IMG/VR virus record: IMGVR_UViG_3300035181_002344
Origin: a virus
Length of the DNA: 64,000 nucleotides
Strand: one strand, 5' to 3'
This document shows positions 36,310 through 46,429 of the stretch, piece after piece. The position numbers and the translations under genes were made by a program. The notes below the pieces were generated by a model. That model was given only the letters and a program-made list of their open reading frames with translations. It was not told the DNA's origin and searched no databases. Position 1 is the stretch's first letter. Every line of letters starts with the position of its first letter.

Positions 36310-37001
36310 TGGCACGTTTTATTCCATACAACCCAGATCAACGTATTGGCGAAATAATAGTTCGCATTTTAGATAATATCGGTGGTATCGAAACTACCAA
36401 AGAGGAATATCAGGGTGTTGTTGGCTACGACCTTGATACATTGCTAGATGATGTAAAAGACTTATTAACCAACTATAAAAAAGTAAAACCAGATGATTTA
36501 AAGGACTTTTCTTTTATGCCAAATTATGCATATGGTATAGTGCCTGAAGACGAAGGTAATTCGATTCGATATTCAGTCGTCAGACGTACAAATGGCGTTA
36601 TTTCAAGAACTAGCGAACCACATGAAGGTGTGCAAGTTCAAAAATATATGCTTAGAGATATAATGGCAGATAAAGAAAATCCAGGATATAAAGTTCTTAT
36701 CTATGAAAAACCGATGGATAATACCATTGACTTCGTAAGCTGGTCAAAAAACTACCGAGATGCGCATCGAGGTGCTGAGCTTTTCGAAGAATTAATGGAA
36801 ACCTATGCTTCGGTTCTAAAAGGTAAGGGATTGATACAAATGCGTTATTTAGGACGAATGAATGATTTATACAGAGAGTATGCAAACTATTCATTATATG
36901 GTGCACCTCTTCGTTTCTTTTTTCGTACAAATAAGCTAAAGATCGTTTATGAAAAAGTATTAGAAACGTTAATTATCGAAACAATAATCAATAAAACATA
37001 A
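36309..37001 (+). CDS. putative tail completion/terminator protein
   Basis: immediately before the sheath gene. Confidence 0.45.
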   Translation: MARFIPYNPDQRIGEIIVRILDNIGGIETTKEEYQGVVGYDLDTLLDDVKDLLTNYKKVKPDDLKDFSFMPNYAYGIVPEDEGNSIRYSVVRRTNGVISRTSEPHEGVQVQKYMLRDIMADKENPGYKVLIYEKPMDNTIDFVSWSKNYRDAHRGAELFEELMETYASVLKGKGLIQMRYLGRMNDLYREYANYSLYGAPLRFFFRTNKLKIVYEKVLETLIIETIINKT

Positions 37002-37017
37002 TTGGAGGATTCAGCTA

Positions 37018-39099
37018 ATGCCTGTATATCGTAATTTACCTGGTATCAGAGTATTTAAAGAAGACCAAAATCTTTTGGTTGCCGAAATGATACCTGGCGA
37101 GCTAACAGTCGTAATTGGCACTTCCCCAGCAGGACCGCGAGAACAGCTATATCTTGTTAGAGATCCACAAACAGCGATGTTTACTTTTGATCCAGAGGGA
37201 TCTCAAGAAGGAACTTTAATTCAGGGAATGCTTGAAGCTGGCGAATCCGGTTCGAGATATCTTGCCTTATTTAGAATCGGTTCTACCCCTGCAATCTTAG
37301 ATTTTGTAAATGGATATAAAATACAAGTCGAAGATGGAAGCTCAGTCAAAATATTTTACGATTTTTCTTCTGGTGCGCATGATCTTAAATTAACACATGC
37401 AGTAACTGGAGAAGTCGTATATGATAATATCAACGGTATTGATACCGGATTTGCTATTGTAGATTTTAATAAAGAAATAACAAACTCTGCCGTCTCCATC
37501 GGCACAGAGAGTAGCCCCGTTGTCTTAAGTTCTGTCAACACTGCAATTGGTGCCGCAAACAGCATCACATATGCAGCAGGTGCAAAAACAATCAGCTATC
37601 CATCTGCTGTTTTACCATTAGCTGCTGGTATGATAATAACAATTACCGGCGGAGATACTGCAGATGATGGAGATTATGAAGTCCTATATGTTAAAGACGA
37701 AAAAGCTACATTGGTTAGTAAAAAAGTTGGTGACAAATGGGTTCCATTTGATGGATTTACTGCCAAAAATGCTGACGATACAAAAGGACAGATTAAAACT
37801 CGTTATTTTGCTCAAAATGATGGTACAAAATTAACTCAAATGGAAATGTTTGAAGCTCTTGCTAAGGCATATTTTGAGTTAGAAAATATCCAATGTGATA
37901 TGGTAATACCAGCTAGTGTTTATGTAGACGCGCCTAATTTAGTAAATAATATTGGACAAATAGCCGTACCTGCTGAAGAAGATTTTTTAGGCATGGTTTA
38001 TCAATTTGAACATGAAGGTGAGTTATTCCACATATGGAAGACCGGGGCTAATGTCTCTGATAGAATTGTACCAAAACCATATGCTTTAGGTATAGATGGA
38101 GTTCATGCAGAAAAGTTAGTAGATGGTAACTATCCTTATGAAGTTATCATGAATGATACTCCGCTTTCAGGTTTAACCGAAAGCGATAAAATAGTTAAGT
38201 TTAATGAAGCAAATTTTGCTCATCAATTAGGCGAATATCTTTATGGTTTGTCGCTTAATCAAACTGAAGCTCTTGGTTCAATTGCTATGAGACCACCAAC
38301 ATCATTGGTTAAAAGAGAAGTTGTTAAATGGGTTGGAAAAGCTCCAATAACTGATGCTAATGGAAACATAACGGTCTCTGGAACTGGATTACTTGGTTAT
38401 AAATATATGGCTGGTTCTACTGGTGTTAAAGCTGGTTTTTACCATACAGCTACTGGATTTGTTGATGGTGATGCAGTTTTGGATCATACTGGCAAACCTG
38501 TAGATTTAGGTAAATATTTAGTGATTACTGCTCTTCCATTGATTCATACTGGAGCTGCAGCTAATACTGCTGCTGGATATTTAGGTGGAGCTGCTGCTGA
38601 TTACGCTGGATTTATCATGAGTCTTGATGAAAAAGATGCCCCAACAAATAAAAAAATGAAATCTACTCTATCCTTGCCAATTGCATTGCAATTAAAGAAT
38701 AGCTTGATTGATCAACTTGTTGGAACTCGCTACACAGTATTCGCATCATCTTTTGATAATTCTGTAAAAGTTGTAGATGCACCTACAGCTGCTAGACCAA
38801 ATAGTGATTATACTAGAGTACTTACCGTTAGAATAGTTGCACTTGCTATTGATATGGCAAGAAAGATTGCCGAACCTTTTATCGGCGGCTTAAATAATGG
38901 TGAGATTCGTAACGCTCTTGAAGAACAAGAAAATTCGATGCTTCATAATTTGAAACAATTTGGGTATTTGAATGCTGGTTTAGCTCAAGTGCGTGCTACA
39001 CGTGATCAAGAAATCAAAGGTGAAGGTATAATGAGATTAATCTTAAATGTACCTGGTGAATTGAGACAATTATATATTTATGTAAATTTAACTAAATAA
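37018..39099 (+). CDS. contractile tail sheath protein
   Basis: N-terminal LPGI..VIGTS..GP; C-terminal APTNK...TVRIV...FIG...VPGELRQLYIYV. Confidence 0.88.
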   Translation: MPVYRNLPGIRVFKEDQNLLVAEMIPGELTVVIGTSPAGPREQLYLVRDPQTAMFTFDPEGSQEGTLIQGMLEAGESGSRYLALFRIGSTPAILDFVNGYKIQVEDGSSVKIFYDFSSGAHDLKLTHAVTGEVVYDNINGIDTGFAIVDFNKEITNSAVSIGTESSPVVLSSVNTAIGAANSITYAAGAKTISYPSAVLPLAAGMIITITGGDTADDGDYEVLYVKDEKATLVSKKVGDKWVPFDGFTAKNADDTKGQIKTRYFAQNDGTKLTQMEMFEALAKAYFELENIQCDMVIPASVYVDAPNLVNNIGQIAVPAEEDFLGMVYQFEHEGELFHIWKTGANVSDRIVPKPYALGIDGVHAEKLVDGNYPYEVIMNDTPLSGLTESDKIVKFNEANFAHQLGEYLYGLSLNQTEALGSIAMRPPTSLVKREVVKWVGKAPITDANGNITVSGTGLLGYKYMAGSTGVKAGFYHTATGFVDGDAVLDHTGKPVDLGKYLVITALPLIHTGAAANTAAGYLGGAAADYAGFIMSLDEKDAPTNKKMKSTLSLPIALQLKNSLIDQLVGTRYTVFASSFDNSVKVVDAPTAARPNSDYTRVLTVRIVALAIDMARKIAEPFIGGLNNGEIRNALEEQENSMLHNLKQFGYLNAGLAQVRATRDQEIKGEGIMRLILNVPGELRQLYIYVNLTK

Positions 39100-39110
39100 G
39101 GAGATTGTAA

Positions 39111-39719
39111 ATGGCAGATTTAAAAACATATAGTTCATTCTCTGGTGCAGATATTACTGCTGTTATGGCCGGAAAACTATTTGCTACTTTGCAAGCGATC
39201 TCCTATTCTGTTACACGCGAAAAAGGCCCAGTTTACACAATGGGCTCTCCTGATCCGCGTGCTTTTGCTCGTGGAAAAAGAGCTATCGCTGGTACACTAG
39301 TATTTGTGACTATAGATAAATCATCGTTAATTGGAGGATTCCTTGAAGCTGATATGCCAGCAGACAACAAAAAGTTCTATGGCAAAAAAGTAGATTCTCG
39401 CGCATCTTATACAAATGTCGACACACAATTTGATAACACTACTTCTTTTGAAACTATATCTGGTAGTGATATTGAAGCAAATGTTGGAGCTGCTGCCGAA
39501 TATATTGATATCTACTATGCTGATCAAATACTTCCTTTTAATGTAAATTTATCTGCTGTGAATGAAGCTGGAGAAATTGCAAAGAAATCTATCATCGGCG
39601 TTGAATTAATGAACGAAGGTGGTGGAGTAAGTGTTGATGATTTAGTACTTGAAGAACAATATACCTACATATGTCGCTATATTACTCCATGGATGAAGGT
39701 CACTAGATCTAAATCTTAA
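39111..39719 (+). CDS. tail tube protein
   Basis: after the sheath; SFSGADI...LQAISYS..REK.PVY..G...RGKRAIAGTLVF. Confidence 0.75.
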   Translation: MADLKTYSSFSGADITAVMAGKLFATLQAISYSVTREKGPVYTMGSPDPRAFARGKRAIAGTLVFVTIDKSSLIGGFLEADMPADNKKFYGKKVDSRASYTNVDTQFDNTTSFETISGSDIEANVGAAAEYIDIYYADQILPFNVNLSAVNEAGEIAKKSIIGVELMNEGGGVSVDDLVLEEQYTYICRYITPWMKVTRSKS

Positions 39720-39747
39720 TAATTCGAGTATTAAAATCGATTTTATG

Positions 39748-39786
39748 AGCCCCGCAGGTGTTTTAGAAGCTGGCGGGGCTTTTTTT
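39748..39786 (+). terminator. intrinsic terminator
   Basis: AGCCCCGC/GCGGGGCT plus T tract. Confidence 0.7.
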
Positions 39787-39788
39787 AT

Positions 39789-39817
39789 TTGATTTTTCTT
39801 TTGCACATCAAGTAATT
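39789..39817 (+). promoter_or_regulatory. candidate phage promoter
   Basis: TTGATT-N18-TAATT; AATCGATTTT at 39735 is separated from it by the terminator hairpin. Confidence 0.5.
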
Positions 39818-39845
39818 AGGTTATCATTTTTTAAGGAATTATATT

Positions 39846-40184
39846 ATGGTAGTAGCACGTATTGGTGAAACAATTTTTGCAGATATTCAAAACTTAGAAT
39901 TAGAGCATTCGCTCAAAGGCAAAAGATATTTTACTAAGTTTTTAAATAAACGCAACTTACGTGGTGGTACTTTATCTGTTAAACGTAATTTAGCTCCATC
40001 AAATGCCGACATTGGTCCTTGCGAATTAGATATTATTGATGAAAAAGAATTTGAAATTAGAAGCTTTGTTGACATTAAATTTTTTGATATTGAAAAAGAA
40101 AAACAAGGCATACTGCTTGAGGTTCCACATACTGCATTGAGAACCGATACGGAATACCTATTTGCTGGAAAAGAAATTATATAA
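39846..40184 (+). CDS. hypothetical protein
   Basis: ORF track; AAGGA RBS. Confidence 0.6.
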   Translation: MVVARIGETIFADIQNLELEHSLKGKRYFTKFLNKRNLRGGTLSVKRNLAPSNADIGPCELDIIDEKEFEIRSFVDIKFFDIEKEKQGILLEVPHTALRTDTEYLFAGKEII

Positions 40185-40200
40185 TTTTAATGGGAGATAA

Positions 40201-40977
40201 ATGTACGCAGATGAACCTATAGAAAAAGGAATTATTAAAACTACATACTCTGGTGCGGATATTATTGTCTATGCTGTTGTATCTCCAAATGAGCTTTTAA
40301 AAGCTATTTCTCAATGGAATAACTTTCATGAAGAAATAGACCCGCAACTTGATGTTTTACGAACACCAGGAGATGAAGAAACAGCCGCAAAAGCCAAAGA
40401 AATTGAGAACAGTCTTATCAAAAAAGATATTGAGATGAAAAATGAGATTGGCAAACATTATAAACGTCTTGCCGAACTACAAACATGTTCTTATTCAATA
40501 TACAGAGGTAAAGAGCAGGTAAAGGCTTTAGGTCAATCTCAGCCAAGAGGTTATACCAGAGGCTATGTTACAATAGCTGGAACAATGATATTTACTGTAT
40601 TCGATAGAGCTGTATTGGCAGAGCTAATAAAAATGGATTATAATGAATCTGATTATCGAGAGATAAGAATAGATCAACTACCTCCATTAGATATTTTTAT
40701 TATCTTTACCAATGAATTTGGTCAGACTTCAAAACTTGCTTTATTTGGTGTTGAATTTATGAATGAGGGGCAAGTTATGTCTGTCTCAGATTTAATCACT
40801 GAAAACTCTGTTAACTATGTTGCTAGACATTTTCAGCGGATGGAGAATATTAGTTCTATATATCCAGATTACAAAGATATCGCTTTTATCAATAGCTTCA
40901 ATTTTAGACAGTTACCTGTCGATGCATATAACCAGGCATATAACGAAATTAAATCACTAAAGAAGTATTTCCTATGA
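40201..40977 (+). CDS. tail tube-like paralogue
   Basis: YSGADI...LQTCSYS..R.K..V...G...RG...IAGTMIF; DQLPPLDI. Confidence 0.7.
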   Translation: MYADEPIEKGIIKTTYSGADIIVYAVVSPNELLKAISQWNNFHEEIDPQLDVLRTPGDEETAAKAKEIENSLIKKDIEMKNEIGKHYKRLAELQTCSYSIYRGKEQVKALGQSQPRGYTRGYVTIAGTMIFTVFDRAVLAELIKMDYNESDYREIRIDQLPPLDIFIIFTNEFGQTSKLALFGVEFMNEGQVMSVSDLITENSVNYVARHFQRMENISSIYPDYKDIAFINSFNFRQLPVDAYNQAYNEIKSLKKYFL

Positions 40978-41756
40978 GCACACTATATAATTTAGACGGA
41001 AAACCCAAGCCAACAAATAATCTAATGGGCAATTCTATTGTTTATGAAACTCAAGATGTTGTCGCTACTCAACCGAAACCAGAGACACAGGTTGACAAAG
41101 GTAACCAGTTTCAAACTATATATTTTACTGGTGCACAAACACGTATACAAATTGGCGAATACTATCTTGACGATATTGCCGAAGTTGAAGGTTTATATCA
41201 ATATGGTCGCACGCCAATTTATTCATATGCTTCAAAGCATTTTAATACTGCTGCACAAGGAAGAGTTTTTGTTACTGGAAGTTTAATTATAAATTTTAGG
41301 TTTGATGGCTATTTATATGCATTTATTAAAGCTGCATCATCCGATGGCAAAAATGGACGTAAAGTTATAGACGACTTATTAAAATCAGCCGCTCCACCCT
41401 CTCAAGTTATAAAGCAAATAGAAAGAAGAGAGGGTAATTCAAAAGATTATATCAATGCTACAGTTAATAAATACACCTCAATTCAAGAAGGAATTAACGA
41501 TAATGATATCAAAGCTTTTCAAGAAACTTATTGGAACTCAGAAAAGCCACAAAATTTTCTTAGTGCTGATGCTCGTCCAGAATTTAGAGTACCATTTGAT
41601 ATCATTGTAAAAGATTTTAGAGTTGGATATGATAATGAGAATTATCAAGAAAGAACAATTAAAAATTGCTTTTTAACTTCCAATGGATCAGTACGTAGAG
41701 TAGATGATTCTCCAGTTGTCGAAGTATATCAATTTATAGCGCAATCAATTATTTAA
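40974..41756 (+). CDS. divergent tail tube-like paralogue
   Basis: YFTGAQ...PIYSY...GRVFVTGSLIINF...PFDI...EVYQFIA. Confidence 0.6.
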   Translation: MSTLYNLDGKPKPTNNLMGNSIVYETQDVVATQPKPETQVDKGNQFQTIYFTGAQTRIQIGEYYLDDIAEVEGLYQYGRTPIYSYASKHFNTAAQGRVFVTGSLIINFRFDGYLYAFIKAASSDGKNGRKVIDDLLKSAAPPSQVIKQIERREGNSKDYINATVNKYTSIQEGINDNDIKAFQETYWNSEKPQNFLSADARPEFRVPFDIIVKDFRVGYDNENYQERTIKNCFLTSNGSVRRVDDSPVVEVYQFIAQSII

Positions 41757-41779
41757 TAACAAAATAGGCAATAACATCA

Positions 41780-42280
41780 ATGGAAAAAAAAGAAACGACA
41801 TTTGCTGATGAAATGCTCAACTTAGAAAATAAACTTAATGCTAAAGAAGAAGCTTTAGAACAAGTTGAAGCAGAAGCAAAGGAAGAGTCCAAAAAGGCTG
41901 AGAAATCAGAAAGCGAATATTTATTAGAACTGATTTCTAAAGAAGGCGGACCAACAATGGATCAGATAGAGCAGTGGAAAGAAAAATTCCGTGACAAAGT
42001 CTATGCAGTTTATTTTGATAAAAAAGACTTTTATATTTTCCGCTATCTTACAAGAGTTGAATGGAAAGAAATTTCAGCACAAATTAGCCAAATGAAAACT
42101 CCGAATGAAACTATTATTGATGAGCTTATTGTGCAAAAAGCTCTCTTATATCCCACTTATGATACAGAATTACGCGCTTTAGCTGGCGCTGGTACATTTG
42201 AAACATTATCTAAACAAATACGCTATGCCAGCAATTTTGTTCCAGATGAACTTGCTCTTAGAATGATTGTAAAGATATAA
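41780..42280 (+). CDS. putative tail assembly chaperone
   Basis: YIFRYLTRVEWKE...LLYP; lies between the tubes and the tape-measure-like gene. Confidence 0.6.
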   Translation: MEKKETTFADEMLNLENKLNAKEEALEQVEAEAKEESKKAEKSESEYLLELISKEGGPTMDQIEQWKEKFRDKVYAVYFDKKDFYIFRYLTRVEWKEISAQISQMKTPNETIIDELIVQKALLYPTYDTELRALAGAGTFETLSKQIRYASNFVPDELALRMIVKI

Positions 42281-42281
42281 T

Positions 42282-42854
42282 ATGAATGTTTTCGAGGCAA
42301 AAAGACGCTTCGGTACAATTTATATGATTGAGTTTGATGATGAGGCACGTGTTGTTTTTAGGCCGCTCTTGCATAAGGAATACAAATCTTATAGAGCGGT
42401 CCTAACCGCCATGCCGAACTATGAAGATTCAGCAATGGAGGATATATTTCTTAAATGCCTCATAGATATGACATATCCATATACTTTAGATGACGAAGAT
42501 AATCCTGTTGTTGATTTTGAATTATTGCCAGCTGGCGTAACTGATACCGTTGCTCGTTTTATATTTAATGTATCTGGTGCTGATTCACAAGATAAGTTTT
42601 TTAACGATCTTGCTGAAAGCAGAGTCTTTGCAAATTATGATCTTGAATATCGAGTATTTTCTATTATAGCCAATGCATTACGAGTTGATATTAGCAGTTT
42701 TGATGATTTAACATGGGAAGAAATACTTCGTCGTATTGCCCAAGCAGAATTAATATTATCGGGCAATATTCCTAAAATACCATTTTTACCTGCCGAACCA
42801 GAAGTAAAGAAATTAGATTTCGACGCAGATAACAAGGAAGAAGCTAAAAATTGA
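42282..42854 (+). CDS. putative tail assembly chaperone (paralogue)
   Basis: VVFRPLLHKEYK resembles the upstream gene. Confidence 0.55.
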   Translation: MNVFEAKRRFGTIYMIEFDDEARVVFRPLLHKEYKSYRAVLTAMPNYEDSAMEDIFLKCLIDMTYPYTLDDEDNPVVDFELLPAGVTDTVARFIFNVSGADSQDKFFNDLAESRVFANYDLEYRVFSIIANALRVDISSFDDLTWEEILRRIAQAELILSGNIPKIPFLPAEPEVKKLDFDADNKEEAKN

Positions 42855-45800
42855 GTCTTAGAGAAGACATAGAAAAACAAGAACATCAGAATTTTTCCAA
42901 AAGCCTTTCTGATTTAATGCTTACTGGTGCCGTTAATTTAGGTGCTTGGTATGCTTTTAATAAATATGCTGGTAGGGTTGAGGTTCCGAATGTTACTACT
43001 GGTAGTTTAAGGTTTATTGGGCTTCAATCTATAGGAGGACGTCCATGGTTTGAGGCCATGGGAAAAACAGCTGATAGCACTGCTAATTTACATGAAATTA
43101 TATTAAATGCTATTAAAGCTACAGAGGAAATGTTAAAAGTTCCTCGGGCTTTTTCTGCATATAATATAATGTCTGAGGGATATCTAAGAAATAACTTAGC
43201 AGAGTTAGAGCTTACGCAGCAAATGCTTCGCGGCCAAAGTCAATTCTTACGATCAATTTCTAATGGTAAGATTGACTATCGCATGCTTGAACAGGGGCTT
43301 AAGTGGAAAAATGGCAAGCTGTTTAATACTGCCGGCGAAGAGGTTCTGTCGAATGCCCGCCTTATGTTCAATTACTGGGGCATGACAGAAGATGCGTTGC
43401 GTGATAAAAAAATTGGTTACATATCAAGATATGCTCAAGCACTTTATCGTAATCGCGGATTAAAACCAGGCCCAACAGAACTTTTAGTTTATGGCGGACA
43501 GAAATGGTATCAGCCCTATATGCAAAAGGCAAATGCCATTGTCCGTGTTGGTGTTGAAAATTATCTTAAATTATTAGATGATCCATTTGAAGTTCTGCTA
43601 CGCCCGATAGAAAATGTCTTTGGTACAAGTAGTGCTATTCCAAAGTTTTTACGTAAAGGCTCCGAGTTTTATAATCGTATTGGTTTACGCAATATGTTTG
43701 GAGCTGGAGGCTGGCGTGTATTAGCTGAAGCTGATTCAACTTCTGCTTTATTGCGTAGGCATTTATTTAGAAACATGCTGCCTTCGGCATTTTTGTTCTT
43801 GGGTGCTATTCCGCTGGCAGATGAAATCCTTCGCAATACACCAATAATTAAAGATACACGTCTTGGTGGTGGTATTGGTGGTTTCTTTGCTAGTTTATAT
43901 CAAGATGTACGTAAAACTTATGCGAATATAAGTGATGCTCTTGGGCTGACATCGTATGCCAAAAAACAAAAAGAACAAGCTCCTGGTTCTACATCTGCAT
44001 TAGGATTACTTGCCTTCCCTGCTTCTTTAAGTATTGCTGCAACATCCGCTGCTGGCATACAGAATTTGATAGAAAAAGTGCCAGTTGGTACTAGTGGTGT
44101 TGCCCCGAAATATTTCAAAAATATCATTTCATCAATAGAAGCCAGTGATAATCTATTAAGCAAGGCATCTAAGGCTCTTAAATTAAATCAAGCTAGCAGA
44201 ACTGGTGCATATGGAATAACAGCTTTTGCTGCTGGTGCGTTATTAACACTTCCATTTTGGCCTGGAGTTTTTGGAAGTGAAAAAAGCTCAGAAGAATTAG
44301 AGCAAATATATTCTGGCGAACAATTAGTTCCTATCCGCCGAGGAAGATTCTGGGAATTTGGCATCACCCCTTATGAAGGCGATGAGATAAAGCATTATGC
44401 TCCGCATTGGACTGTAAGACTAATTACCGATGCTGCACGAAAGACTAAATTTGGACGCTTTTATGGCGATCCAATTGGTCGTATGTTACATAGGATCGTT
44501 GACCCTTACTTCCTTGAAAGGGAAATGGATCAAGAGAGACCTTATGTAGTTTGGGGACCTTCAGAACAAGGACTTGGATTTTTAGAAAAAGTTTTACAAC
44601 CAGTAAAAGAGATATTTAAGCCAACAATCGTTGCCCATCCAGAGGCTTTGGGTCAAGAGCCTCCAGGTTTATTAAAACGTGTTGGTCCAGAAGTTCCAGA
44701 ATCTTTGCAGGGCACTATCTATGAAACTAATACTCGTAATTGGGTTTCTACTCCACAATTACCTGATAACCTAAATTTATATGCATCGTCTACAGCTAAA
44801 TCTTTTACAGATACTTTAGGATTAGTAGGCTTTGCTTATAGTTCATTAGCGAATAATGTTATTAATGCTGGACAAGGATTAGGTGCGGAAGCTGTTTATG
44901 AAAGCTCTGGACGAATGTTTTCGCGTCAGAAAGCTTTCTGGGACCAAGAATTAGGTGGTATGTTTGGACTTAATGAATTTTATCGTAGATTAAATCCAGA
45001 TAGAGAATATGGCCCGGAATATATCTCGTCAGCAATAAGAAATACGCAGCCTTCTTGGATGCCTGAAGAGTTTCAATATGGCGATCCCTATGCTATGCCT
45101 CTGGGCGAAATGCGTGTGCCCGGCAGAGGCTATGAAGCATTACATCCAGAATTAGAAGGGATACCATATGAAGAGTATCCTTTAGTTCATAGATTAAATA
45201 TTTTACAAGATGTAGCACGCTTATCTCCTGCTTATTATAAAACTCTTAGTCAAGTCAAAAAAATAGCCGAAGCTGGCGATTTATCTTCTGACGAAGAGCA
45301 GATGTATAGAAATATATTAGCACGAGACGAAGAATATCGTAATGACGAATTAAATAGATTTGATCAAGCCGATGACAGCTTTTTCGGGCGATACTGGTTA
45401 GGCTTAAAAAAAATAGGCCGTTCATTACCAACTGAGCATCTTTATCCAATATCTCCTGCCCATAAATTTATGGGGCCTGGCACACCAGAAATGGATTATA
45501 AATCCTATGTGCTATTAGATTCTCCTTTTAAAAGTTGGTCTTCGCCAATTAGTGATTATATAGTACCTACATTTAATAGATTAATGGACGATATCACACT
45601 CGGCAACTATACTCCGCCTCGTACTACCCAACGAAGAGACATAGAAACTTATTTTCAACAGTTACAATTTGGTAAAAACCAACTCTTAAAAGAAAAAGCA
45701 GATGCTTTATATAATCAAGGAGATATTGAAGGAGCTAATTTCCTCCGTAGTGGTATTCGCAAAAGTATTTATGATCTTTCTCCATACGATGATATCGAAG

Positions 45801-46417
45801 ATTATAGAAATGTTTTATTACCATCAACAATGAAATATATATCTCCTATGGTTGATATTACTGATCAAGGGAGACGATCAAATATATTGCGAATGGTCGA
45901 TCCGACATCTCGTAGGATACTAAAATCTCAATGGCAAGTAACAGATTTACAAAGAGCTGGCAAATTAGAAGAAGCAGATGCTATAATGGGAAGTTTAAAG
46001 CCAAATACTGATGTGAGTTCGGATATTGTATTAAATACATTTGATCTTCCAGATAGAGATTTTACGGGATATGCCCCTGGTGTTGATTTAAATGCATTCA
46101 AGGTAAAAGTTGCTAATTCGCTTGGCCATAATATTAGAGATTTTAATTTATGGAAAGAAGATGAACGTCAAGCTCGTATTTTGGACATGATTAATAATGG
46201 CAGCCTTGCTGGTAATGATAAATATGAATATAAACCTCATAATAGAGAATTAGCGAAGAATCAGCTGCAAGAATATTTTAGAAAAATTGGTGCCACAGAT
46301 ATGCAAATTACCGCTCTTCCAACCAAAGGATACTCTACTGTTGAATTTCATGGTCGCGAAAATAATAACGACCGTATAAAAGAAGCAATGAGACAAGAAG
46401 GAATGATAGTTTATTAA
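42851..46417 (+). CDS. large virion protein, tape-measure/ejection-like
   Basis: 1188 aa with hydrophobic helices; follows the chaperones. Confidence 0.5.
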   Translation: MSLREDIEKQEHQNFSKSLSDLMLTGAVNLGAWYAFNKYAGRVEVPNVTTGSLRFIGLQSIGGRPWFEAMGKTADSTANLHEIILNAIKATEEMLKVPRAFSAYNIMSEGYLRNNLAELELTQQMLRGQSQFLRSISNGKIDYRMLEQGLKWKNGKLFNTAGEEVLSNARLMFNYWGMTEDALRDKKIGYISRYAQALYRNRGLKPGPTELLVYGGQKWYQPYMQKANAIVRVGVENYLKLLDDPFEVLLRPIENVFGTSSAIPKFLRKGSEFYNRIGLRNMFGAGGWRVLAEADSTSALLRRHLFRNMLPSAFLFLGAIPLADEILRNTPIIKDTRLGGGIGGFFASLYQDVRKTYANISDALGLTSYAKKQKEQAPGSTSALGLLAFPASLSIAATSAAGIQNLIEKVPVGTSGVAPKYFKNIISSIEASDNLLSKASKALKLNQASRTGAYGITAFAAGALLTLPFWPGVFGSEKSSEELEQIYSGEQLVPIRRGRFWEFGITPYEGDEIKHYAPHWTVRLITDAARKTKFGRFYGDPIGRMLHRIVDPYFLEREMDQERPYVVWGPSEQGLGFLEKVLQPVKEIFKPTIVAHPEALGQEPPGLLKRVGPEVPESLQGTIYETNTRNWVSTPQLPDNLNLYASSTAKSFTDTLGLVGFAYSSLANNVINAGQGLGAEAVYESSGRMFSRQKAFWDQELGGMFGLNEFYRRLNPDREYGPEYISSAIRNTQPSWMPEEFQYGDPYAMPLGEMRVPGRGYEALHPELEGIPYEEYPLVHRLNILQDVARLSPAYYKTLSQVKKIAEAGDLSSDEEQMYRNILARDEEYRNDELNRFDQADDSFFGRYWLGLKKIGRSLPTEHLYPISPAHKFMGPGTPEMDYKSYVLLDSPFKSWSSPISDYIVPTFNRLMDDITLGNYTPPRTTQRRDIETYFQQLQFGKNQLLKEKADALYNQGDIEGANFLRSGIRKSIYDLSPYDDIEDYRNVLLPSTMKYISPMVDITDQGRRSNILRMVDPTSRRILKSQWQVTDLQRAGKLEEADAIMGSLKPNTDVSSDIVLNTFDLPDRDFTGYAPGVDLNAFKVKVANSLGHNIRDFNLWKEDERQARILDMINNGSLAGNDKYEYKPHNRELAKNQLQEYFRKIGATDMQITALPTKGYSTVEFHGRENNNDRIKEAMRQEGMIVY

Positions 46418-46429
46418 AATGGGTAAACA

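Noticed and set aside
42260-42290. Programmed frameshift between the tail chaperone genes
   Set aside because: No clear slippery heptamer precedes the stop, and the second gene has its own ATG one base after the stop and looks like a paralogue.
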